A DNA stretch of 64,000 bases. It comes from a virus. A model generated the notes under the pieces. The model was not told the origin of the DNA and did no database searches. It saw only the letters and a program-made list of their open reading frames with translations. Location: the UHGV virus genome UHGV-0248979; one strand, 5' to 3'. This document shows positions 57,057-64,000 of the stretch, in pieces; position 1 is the first letter of the stretch; every line of letters starts with the position of its first letter. The position numbers were made by a program, and so were the translations under genes.

Positions 57057-57581
57057 TTAATGAGATAAATGACATGCGTATAATTGCGTCAGCACTTCGT
57101 TAGCGGCAAACTGCGTTGAGGTACTGAAGCAGTCATCCACGACGCGAGTCTTGGTACGCATATATTTAAAAAGTTCTGCGCAGAACATCTTTTTCGCAGC
57201 GTGGTCTTCACCCGAAGAAAAACCCGAACCGGACTTTGCTTCTGCAAATGACGCCACAATCGTATCACCACGTTGAGTAAACACCCAACGTACGCGACAA
57301 GGAATTGTTTCCCCATATAAATCGTCAAGGGAAACCTTTTCGCCTGATTCGACCAGACGTAACACCTGATCATAATATTTACCTGGAAGCACAGGCGGAG
57401 CCATCAGTGCTTTATAAATAGCAGAACGACTTACTTCAGGTAAGATGATAGAACTGAAACCATTCGGACAGTCATATAACCAGTTAAAGAACCCTGCCTG
57501 GAGCAATTCTATACTTTTAACGGCAGCGCCTTTATCTATGTTAGGTTGAACTTCCCACGGTGGACTAAAACGAATTTGCAT
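57057..57581 (-). CDS. hypothetical protein upstream of the putative capsid gene
   Basis: 174-aa ORF, 13 nt from the next gene. Confidence 0.6.
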   Translation of the reverse strand: MQIRFSPPWEVQPNIDKGAAVKSIELLQAGFFNWLYDCPNGFSSIILPEVSRSAIYKALMAPPVLPGKYYDQVLRLVESGEKVSLDDLYGETIPCRVRWVFTQRGDTIVASFAEAKSGSGFSSGEDHAAKKMFCAELFKYMRTKTRVVDDCFSTSTQFAANEVLTQLYACHLSH

Positions 57582-57594
57582 TTAAGGATGCTCC

Positions 57595-59157
57595 ATGAAT
57601 AACAAAATGATGTTGATAACCGCCTTAGCCACATTATACGCTGAAAGTCTTCTGACCGATCCTGAAAAGGACCACGACATCATAAGAAAAGTGCTGTTAG
57701 AGGCTAAGCTTCCTGATTACGCAGAGGAAGGTGACGAACGTGCCGCCCTCGTCGAAATCAAGGATATCATCACATCCATCATAGACGGCGGTATGCCTTA
57801 CGACCACACAAACGTCATGAAACGTTTGAAACTGGCCACTACGCAAATACGTCCTCTATACGATACGATTACCAAATTCCTGGAAGATGATATTCCAGAA
57901 GAACCAGAAGCACGCATCGAGCATCTTAATCGCCAAGTAGCACAATACTACTTTCAGTTACGTCAAGCTATTCAAGGCGTACAACTGAAACAAAAATTGG
58001 GTCGTACGTTAGGCGCACTGAACGGTACCGAAACGCGCGTTGATTTACAAACGGCGCTCAACGACCTTAAGGATACCTTATCCACGTTCAGTGAACGCTC
58101 TCATAATAAGATTCCTTCTCTGGTAGGGGAATTGATTACTGATAATAAAGCACCTTTCGTGCACGTTTTCGACTCTATCAGTAAGAAAGCGGCAGGGAAC
58201 GGGTTGCGTACAGGCTGGAAAGCAATTAACCAGATGCTCGGTTGTAACAAAGGGATCACCGAAGAACTCTGGCTGATGCCTGCTCTCCCCTTTAACTGTA
58301 AGTCATTATTCAGTTTATTGCTCTCTATTAGCATTCCTGTTTTCAACACCCCAGAAAAAGTGATGGCGAATGTTAAAGGTGATCTACAACCGGTTATTCT
58401 AGATTTAAGTTTAGAAAACGAATTGGATGTTAACTTGGCTTACGCGTATCAGGCACTTTACGGACACTTTGAAGGTACAGCCCCGGTGATGGTTGCGCCA
58501 GAAACCGCAACTGACGAAGAAAAAGCGTCACATAATGCACAAATGTCAGACTACCTCTGTAGTAAGATGCGGGCGAACGGTTGGGAGTATATTTTCCAAA
58601 AACACACAAACTCCGATTTTAAAATTCACTATTTGAACGATTTGATTTTAGATTTAAAACGTCGAGGTTATCATGTAGCTGGAATACGCGGAGACTATTT
58701 CGGTACTATCAGCAAAGCAGGGCACGGTAACGGCATTGCGGGTAGCGACATTAAAGAAATTTATCGTATCGCACGAAACATCCAAGTGGTACGTAATCGT
58801 GGTTTCCTGTTAGCACCACACCAAATCTCACCAGAAGGCAAAAAATTAAAAGCACTCGACCCAGCAAGTTTCTGTAAGAACTTACCTGGTCGTGGTCTTT
58901 ACGACAACTGCTCTAGCTTAGACAACGAAGCTGACGGTGAGATGTATTTTAACAAACGTGTCGTCAACGGTCACAGCTATTTAGAAGTACAACGCGGTAA
59001 ACACCGTACCATTATCGATACCAAAGAAGCTTATCATTATACTGTAATACCTTTCCGTGATGTTGGCATTTTGCCATGGGATTGTGATAAAGAAGAAACT
59101 GTAACAGCCTCGTCGATTAACGTATTTACCGGCGGCATGGGTGACGAACTCTTTTGA
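57595..59157 (+). CDS. hypothetical large protein (possible virion or assembly protein)
   Basis: 520-aa ORF diverging from the minus-strand block. Confidence 0.65.
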   Translation: MNNKMMLITALATLYAESLLTDPEKDHDIIRKVLLEAKLPDYAEEGDERAALVEIKDIITSIIDGGMPYDHTNVMKRLKLATTQIRPLYDTITKFLEDDIPEEPEARIEHLNRQVAQYYFQLRQAIQGVQLKQKLGRTLGALNGTETRVDLQTALNDLKDTLSTFSERSHNKIPSLVGELITDNKAPFVHVFDSISKKAAGNGLRTGWKAINQMLGCNKGITEELWLMPALPFNCKSLFSLLLSISIPVFNTPEKVMANVKGDLQPVILDLSLENELDVNLAYAYQALYGHFEGTAPVMVAPETATDEEKASHNAQMSDYLCSKMRANGWEYIFQKHTNSDFKIHYLNDLILDLKRRGYHVAGIRGDYFGTISKAGHGNGIAGSDIKEIYRIARNIQVVRNRGFLLAPHQISPEGKKLKALDPASFCKNLPGRGLYDNCSSLDNEADGEMYFNKRVVNGHSYLEVQRGKHRTIIDTKEAYHYTVIPFRDVGILPWDCDKEETVTASSINVFTGGMGDELF

Positions 59158-59299
59158 GTCTGGGGAGCTTCGGCTCCCCCTATAACCCCTTATGCGTCTC
59201 GAAAAGCAAAAAAAAACAGAAGGCTATTAATTATGAACGGAAAACAACTACCGAACTAAGTAGGGGGTGTTGCTACCACCCCCTTTATTAGTTAGTAAC

Positions 59300-59461
59300 T
59301 TATCTCCTTAGAGGTGGTTGCTGAACATTGTGGTTGTTAACCGTTTTCGGTGCCGCAACGAGGCCGAGACGAACATATTCGTCCATGCGTTGGTTAAACT
59401 GAATTTGTTTTTCACGATTTCGCATCGCGGTATTGAACATCTGTATTTGATATTCGTTCAT
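59300..59461 (-). CDS. small protein sORF-A (53 aa), member of a three-gene tandem family
   Basis: Not in the ORF track (below cutoff); ATG with upstream purine-rich RBS; shares QR..EY..LG...KP pattern with sORF-B and sORF-C. Confidence 0.55.
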   Translation of the reverse strand: MNEYQIQMFNTAMRNREKQIQFNQRMDEYVRLGLVAAPKTVNNHNVQQPPLRR

Positions 59462-59550
59462 TTTTCATTACCTTTCGTAATGTTGTAAAAACGTCAACAA
59501 CTTTATGTGTTGACACCGTACAGCAGAGACTGGCGGAACAGCCTCTGCTG

Positions 59551-59578
59551 CTTTAACTTCTCTTTCGAAAAGTTAAAG
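59551..59578. promoter_or_regulatory. conserved hairpin element, copy 1 (ctttaacttctctttcgaaaagttaaag)
   Basis: 9-bp stem / 10-nt loop, flanked by GC-rich hairpins at 59521-59550 and 59584-59609. Confidence 0.5.
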
Positions 59579-59685
59579 CTATGAAAAGGGGTGGTGGTGC
59601 ACCCCTTTTTATTATACCTACGACCACCATCTCGGCAGGTTACTGTACGAGGAGGAGAGGCGTGTCAGCGCCTCTCCTTTATTTG

Positions 59686-59859
59686 TTAGTAGTGTTCACT
59701 CCTCTTTTCGGTGAATATCTGCGTGAAACGGTTGGTAGACGGTTTTAACCGTTTATCCATGCCGAGCTGACTATACTTGTAGATACGTTGCTGTAAATTG
59801 GTCTTTGCTGCACTCTGTTCTGCAAGCATTTTGTCAGTAAAGTAGTAACCATTGTTCAT
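59686..59859 (-). CDS. small protein sORF-B (57 aa), tandem family member
   Basis: ATG with AGAGGG RBS; C-terminus QIFTEKRSEHY matches sORF-C QIFTERRSNY through synonymous codon changes. Confidence 0.6.
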   Translation of the reverse strand: MNNGYYFTDKMLAEQSAAKTNLQQRIYKYSQLGMDKRLKPSTNRFTQIFTEKRSEHY

Positions 59860-59949
59860 GGTAGGCCCTCTTTGTAGGGTGATTAAAGAAATCCACTACG
59901 GAAACGTAATGGTGTTGTAAAGGGGTGTGACAGCACCCCTTTATTTTAT

Positions 59950-60120
59950 TTAGTAGTTACTTCTCCTTTCGGTGAAGATTTGTACTCGAGGATTATTAGA
60001 AGGTTTAAGCCTTTTATTTAATCCTAGCTGTTGAACTTCTCTTAATCGTTCATTAAACCTCGCTTGTTCTGCATAGCTGTTTGAAATAGAAGTAAAGATA
60101 CGTGAATTGTTGTTAGTCAT
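59950..60120 (-). CDS. small protein sORF-C (56 aa), tandem family member
   Basis: ATG with GAGG RBS; conserved LG(M/L)(D/N)KRLKPS...QIFTE core. Confidence 0.6.
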   Translation of the reverse strand: MTNNNSRIFTSISNSYAEQARFNERLREVQQLGLNKRLKPSNNPRVQIFTERRSNY

Positions 60121-60205
60121 GTTAAAACCTCACACGAGTTGGGGATTAAGCTATTACGTGACTGTAATAGCGACAAGTAGGGACTGCTGGTACAGCCCCT
60201 ACTGC

Positions 60206-60233
60206 TTTATCTTCTCTTTCGAAAAGATAAAGC
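60206..60233. promoter_or_regulatory. conserved hairpin element, copy 2 (ctttatcttctctttcgaaaagataaag)
   Basis: Same loop as copy 1 with a compensatory A/T to T/A change in the stem; flanked by GC-rich hairpins at 60177-60205 and 60235-60267. Confidence 0.5.
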
Positions 60234-60454
60234 GCCTAAGGGGAGTGCGCCAACACACCCCTTTAGGTTGTTACCTTCTTTCAACTATCAACTGGATGTT
60301 TCTTGGGTATGCAACCTTGGGCTACGTTAACGTTGGTCGCGGTATTGCACTAACCCTTCGCTGAAACTCAAGTTGTTTTGTTGACAACTCGTTTAACCGT
60401 CGAAACAGCAGTTCATGTTTCGTGAACTCATCTCCTATGTCGAATTTGCGAAAA

Positions 60455-60502
60455 TAAATAAAGTGTACCCCTAATCCCGAAAAGGATTAGGGGTTGCTTT
60501 TA
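60455..60502. terminator. hairpin terminator
   Basis: Hairpin cccctaatcc-cgaaa-aggattagggg followed by TTGCTTTTATTT. Confidence 0.6.
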
Positions 60503-61315
60503 TTTAGTCGCTACGTATTGAACATGGCCACATTCCTTACATTCCACGTTGGCTTTCGGGATTGTCAGGCCGGTTAAAGGAACACGTATTTGATACTGTG
60601 CTCCACATTCTTCACAAACAAAATCGTATTCTGGATAAACACGACCTTCTAATTTCTCTTCTTTCCTTAGTGTGCCTGCTAAGAACAGCATTGCGCCTAA
60701 CGCTTCATTAATCTGCTGTTCCCATTCTCCGTCTAACGGGTAAGCGAACGCGCGAGTCAACGTTTCCACCATCTCTGGAGTATTACTTACATAAACGTGT
60801 TTCAGTTCAAACTCAACACGTTCTAAACCAAACAATACGCGCGCCGTCACCGTAACATTATCCAACGTTTGTGCAAACACAACGGGATTATCGTCACCGT
60901 GCATTGCGAATAACGCAGCACGTTCGTATTCGATATCACTCCACTCGATTAGTTCTACAGATTTAATCGCTTCCGCAATCTCAGCATTACCGAACGTTTC
61001 GTGTTCCAATAATCCGACGATAACTTCATTCAACGATTTCAATTGCTGTAATCGAATCGTAGGATCGGTATTCACGATAAGTAAACGATGCATTCTGGAT
61101 TTCAACCAGTTAATCGTTCCTTCTACACCGCCCCTAAACGAGCAGATGCTTATCACTTCAGGTTCACGAAGGATAAGAGTAGATTTTCCTGCTGCCGTAC
61201 TCAAGTAGAGTTTAAAAGACTTATCGTTAGACTCTGCAACGATGGCAATGTCTTCAGTTGGAACGAAGTTTTCATTGCTCAGCCCACGCGGAAAATAATC
61301 TTTAATAGTAATCAT
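60500..61315 (-). CDS. hypothetical protein with C-terminal CxxC...CxxC pair
   Basis: 271 aa; C-terminal CEECGAQ...CKECGH zinc-ribbon-like motif. Confidence 0.6.
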   Translation of the reverse strand: MITIKDYFPRGLSNENFVPTEDIAIVAESNDKSFKLYLSTAAGKSTLILREPEVISICSFRGGVEGTINWLKSRMHRLLIVNTDPTIRLQQLKSLNEVIVGLLEHETFGNAEIAEAIKSVELIEWSDIEYERAALFAMHGDDNPVVFAQTLDNVTVTARVLFGLERVEFELKHVYVSNTPEMVETLTRAFAYPLDGEWEQQINEALGAMLFLAGTLRKEEKLEGRVYPEYDFVCEECGAQYQIRVPLTGLTIPKANVECKECGHVQYVATK

Positions 61316-61370
61316 CTTTTATGCTCCAATTAATAAAAAAATTAAGGGCACCCGAAGGTGCCTTATACAT

Positions 61371-61514
61371 TAACCACGACCAGTGCACTGTGCAACGGAA
61401 TTACCGTTGTCGATGCAAGTGTCGTAGCCTTTGTCGATATCCAGGTACAGGCAACCCAGAACAACAGCGATAACAACAGCGAAGATAGCTTTTTTGTGTT
61501 TTACAGAAATCATG
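61371..61514 (-). CDS. small signal-peptide/lipoprotein-like peptide (47 aa), unannotated
   Basis: ATG with AGGAG RBS directly downstream of promoter copy 4; MISVKHKKAIFAVVIAVVLG-C then a Cys-containing ~27-aa mature part; optimal-looking codons. Confidence 0.5.
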
Positions 61515-61559
61515 ATATAACTCCTAATTAGGTATTCGATAAATGAGTATTACGTAAAC

Positions 61560-61587
61560 TCTCACCTAGGTAATATATATCTGAAAT
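61560..61587 (-). promoter_or_regulatory. conserved phage promoter element, copy 4
   Basis: Minus-strand TTCAGATATATATTACCTAGGTGAGAG, about 50 nt upstream of the 47-aa sORF. Confidence 0.55.
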
Positions 61588-61714
61588 CTTTTTGAATCCA
61601 TATACCCTCTAGAACGCTCTAAAACGCATTCTAACGCAATTTTCTTTTTAAAGGGTAATTAGTCGTCTTAATGGAGAAATGACTTCTGTGTGGCGTTTAG
61701 GGATAAATAAAAGG

Positions 61715-61750
61715 TATTCCCGTTACCCACAGAGGTAACGGGAAGTTTTT
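61715..61750 (-). terminator. rho-independent terminator
   Basis: Hairpin ttcccgttaccc-acagag-ggtaacgggaa followed by a T-run on the minus strand. Confidence 0.65.
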
Positions 61751-62555
61751 ACAGACCTTGCATCTTATCCATTACAGCGATTTCAGGATCGCTAATGCCC
61801 GTCTTCGAAGAAATCATAAAGCGCTTATCGCTAATAGCTTCTACGGATTCGCGAATAAACAATGACTTTTCTTCCGCAACAGGAAGAATAGAATCGTTAT
61901 CCTGCGGACCCACAAGCTGGCAACTGAAAGGTACATAGCTGTTGAAGGTCACATAAGGACCTAACTGCAAGACCGGATACACTTCATTGAAGTTATTTGA
62001 TGTGCCACTGTCTGTAGAAATAACAGAATAGCGCACCACCGCACGCACAGCCGTGGTATATTCAGGGTCGCGGGCTTCACCCACTACGGTAAAACGAAAC
62101 GCATTGAAGTCATAGTCTTCCGACTCACTAAAGTGTGAAGGGAGAATACGTTCAATATACTGAGGATAGGTTTCCTGTTGCCCTGGGGTAACCGCTGCAG
62201 CCAATTTCTGAGCATAGAAGTAACAATAAGCAAAGCCGTATTGCGCTTCTAAAGCACCAGACACCACAGCAGTTGTGATCGCGTGCAGGAACAACAAATG
62301 ACCTAACGTCCCTTTTTCTTCGATTGATAATAAGCGACAATTCTGTACACCGTCTACGGTATAGATAACAGAAATCGTTTTGTCAGCACTGGACGCCATG
62401 ATGTAATCCAACTGGCGTTGTTCGCCACCAGGAATAACATTAAGGCAACGTTCTAACAACTTCGACGGTTTCGAAAAATTCTCTTCTTCGAATTTGTCGA
62501 TTTGAATTAACGTTTGACCAGACATTCTGAAAGTAAGTAGATTACTCATTAACAA
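61749..62555 (-). CDS. hypothetical protein
   Basis: 268-aa ORF; RBS CCTAAAGGA. Confidence 0.6.
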   Translation of the reverse strand: MLMSNLLTFRMSGQTLIQIDKFEEENFSKPSKLLERCLNVIPGGEQRQLDYIMASSADKTISVIYTVDGVQNCRLLSIEEKGTLGHLLFLHAITTAVVSGALEAQYGFAYCYFYAQKLAAAVTPGQQETYPQYIERILPSHFSESEDYDFNAFRFTVVGEARDPEYTTAVRAVVRYSVISTDSGTSNNFNEVYPVLQLGPYVTFNSYVPFSCQLVGPQDNDSILPVAEEKSLFIRESVEAISDKRFMISSKTGISDPEIAVMDKMQGL

Positions 62556-62581
62556 ATCCTTTAGGTTACGGACAACATAAT

Positions 62582-63901
62582 TTACGTAGCGGTTGTAAAT
62601 TTTTCATTAGTCAACCACAACGTCAATTGACTAATGGTATTAAATTGTGGGGACGCCATCGAACCGCCATCAACGGCAGCTTGGAAAACTTCACCAACCA
62701 ACGTCCCATAACGAGTGTATACACCGTAATTATTCGCATACAGATATTTTACTGCCATACCCGGCTGTAATAAACCGTACGCCGAACGGTTCCAGGTCGT
62801 TGCGGTAAGTGTCCCTCTAGCGGCAGCCAACTTAGAACGACGGGGTTTATCTGTGTCGCTGAAGTGTTCGTTTGGATCAATAGGCGCATTAACAACACCA
62901 CCAGGGTACTGTGTAGGGTCTGCCGCTGAAACAAACGAATCTGACGTCGTTGCCGAAACATCGCCTGGAGAGAAAGAACTTGCACGTCCATCTAAGGCAC
63001 GGATTGAACCCACACGGTAACCCGTTCCCTGATTTAGCGCAAGGGCGTCTTTGTCTTCGAAGGTGTGAACATCGCCACCACAAATCAGATAAATGACGTC
63101 ACCTGCAATGTGACACGTTTTATCTAAATAGGCAACCTTCTCTCTTGGAAGGTTAATTACCACCAGTTTCTTTTTCGCCGTAGAGAATTTCTTAGAGTCC
63201 CACGGCTGAAAGATATGCCAACGGTGTTTATACAAGAAGACACCTAATCCTTGGCTATACACACCGTAACGGTTCTGAATGAAATCGAAAACCGAAAGAA
63301 AACTTTGCGAATCGGGAATCAAAATGTCACGATAAGGCTGTTGTTCTTCTTCCTCGTATTCCACACCAACCAACTGACCTTCTGGTGCATCCCCAGTAGG
63401 TAACGTATCAGCAAGTAATGCACGAACGACACTTAATCCATCCGTCTCGTGGTAAATCCCTCCTACCTGCCGACAGCGAAGGAACCACATCGATTCGTCC
63501 ATCAGTTCCAGCGTCACCACGCCCAACCCTTTTTGATCAGACTCACCCAAGAACATCGTGGGCGATTCCATATCAGGATCGTGATTGTTAACCACGATTC
63601 CTCGGTAGTTCAGCTGAGCAATGGTTTTCTTGTTCATTGTCCGCATCAGGATTTTAACTGATAAATCCCCTTCTGCCGACGACGTAAGAATACGTTGCTG
63701 GCTCAGTGGAATTACCACACTGAGATGTGTGATAGTCGTTAAATCCTGAGCGAAATTACTGGCATGGATTATCGACATGGTTTTGTAAACGTCGATCGTC
63801 ACCCCACGAACTGTAATAAGGGGTACGTAGTCGATGGCCGGTAATCCCGCCGCTTGTGCAATGTGCACGTTTGCTATGTTCTGTAACCGACCAAACGACA
63901 T
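62582..63901 (-). CDS. hypothetical protein (possible structural component)
   Basis: 439-aa ORF; start codon overlaps the stop of the upstream gene (TAATG). Confidence 0.6.
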   Translation of the reverse strand: MSFGRLQNIANVHIAQAAGLPAIDYVPLITVRGVTIDVYKTMSIIHASNFAQDLTTITHLSVVIPLSQQRILTSSAEGDLSVKILMRTMNKKTIAQLNYRGIVVNNHDPDMESPTMFLGESDQKGLGVVTLELMDESMWFLRCRQVGGIYHETDGLSVVRALLADTLPTGDAPEGQLVGVEYEEEEQQPYRDILIPDSQSFLSVFDFIQNRYGVYSQGLGVFLYKHRWHIFQPWDSKKFSTAKKKLVVINLPREKVAYLDKTCHIAGDVIYLICGGDVHTFEDKDALALNQGTGYRVGSIRALDGRASSFSPGDVSATTSDSFVSAADPTQYPGGVVNAPIDPNEHFSDTDKPRRSKLAAARGTLTATTWNRSAYGLLQPGMAVKYLYANNYGVYTRYGTLVGEVFQAAVDGGSMASPQFNTISQLTLWLTNEKFTTAT

Positions 63902-64000
63902 TACAGAATTCCTCCACGTCTACGGTATATCTGTTCAATACGGTGCATAATCGTATCGTTGAACTGATGCCGTTCTGTTTCCAATCGGACTTCGCCAAAT
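63901..64000 (-). CDS. 3' end of a minus-strand ORF truncated by the window edge
   Basis: Frame open from the window end to a TAA at 63903-63901 (…EQIYRRRGGIL*), overlapping the downstream start. Confidence 0.35.
   Translation of the reverse strand, partial: FGEVRLETERHQFNDTIMHRIEQIYRRRGGIL

Noticed and set aside
60107-60364. 85-aa plus-strand ORF in the sORF/hairpin region
   Set aside because: It overlaps the start of sORF-C and runs through hairpin elements; no RBS, and the minus-strand sORFs show clear coding conservation.
59160-60500. Possible tRNA genes or CRISPR-like array in the hairpin-rich region
   Set aside because: No T-loop consensus (GTTCGAATC-like) or cloverleaf could be traced; the repeated elements are inverted repeats of differing sequence, not direct repeats with spacers.
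63756-63998. 80-aa minus-strand ORF at the right edge
   Set aside because: It overlaps the 5' end of the 439-aa gene in another frame; the frame ending in TAA at 63901 and overlapping the downstream ATG is the more plausible upstream gene end.

Overview
This 64 kb window reads as a densely packed segment of a large virulent tailed phage genome, probably infecting an enterobacterial-type host (the Dam methylase is very close to gamma-proteobacterial Dam). Most genes are on the minus strand, separated by GC-rich hairpin terminators; I found no rRNA, tRNA, CRISPR array, integrase or transposase. All domain calls are from motifs read by eye, with no database search. Main content: (1) a plus-strand radical SAM/SPASM three-gene module at the left edge; (2) lysis enzymes (GH108-type endolysin, M15-like peptidase, DUF1353-like protein); (3) a receptor-binding region with a 1479-aa tail fibre (40-aa fibre repeats, C-terminal self-cleaving chaperone domain) and a 706-aa SASA/SGNH-esterase tailspike sharing an N-terminal anchor, plus two adhesin-like paralogs, two lipoproteins and a six-member paralog family; (4) early-like blocks of small genes with Dam methylase, three GNAT acetyltransferases, thymidylate kinase, an HTH regulator, a RuvC-like resolvase, a SLOG-like protein and a strongly acidic DNA-mimic candidate; (5) a putative structural block with a codon-optimised 764-aa major capsid candidate. 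The most notable unexplained signals are three G9-G10 homopolymer tracts confined to the receptor-binding region, one of which puts an adhesin paralog's start codon out of frame (a candidate phase-variable switch), a conserved 27-nt phage promoter element containing TATATTAC, and an array of three unannotated small-protein genes interleaved with hairpins that show compensatory base changes. ORF-track starts often use alternative start codons, so 5' ends are approximate.
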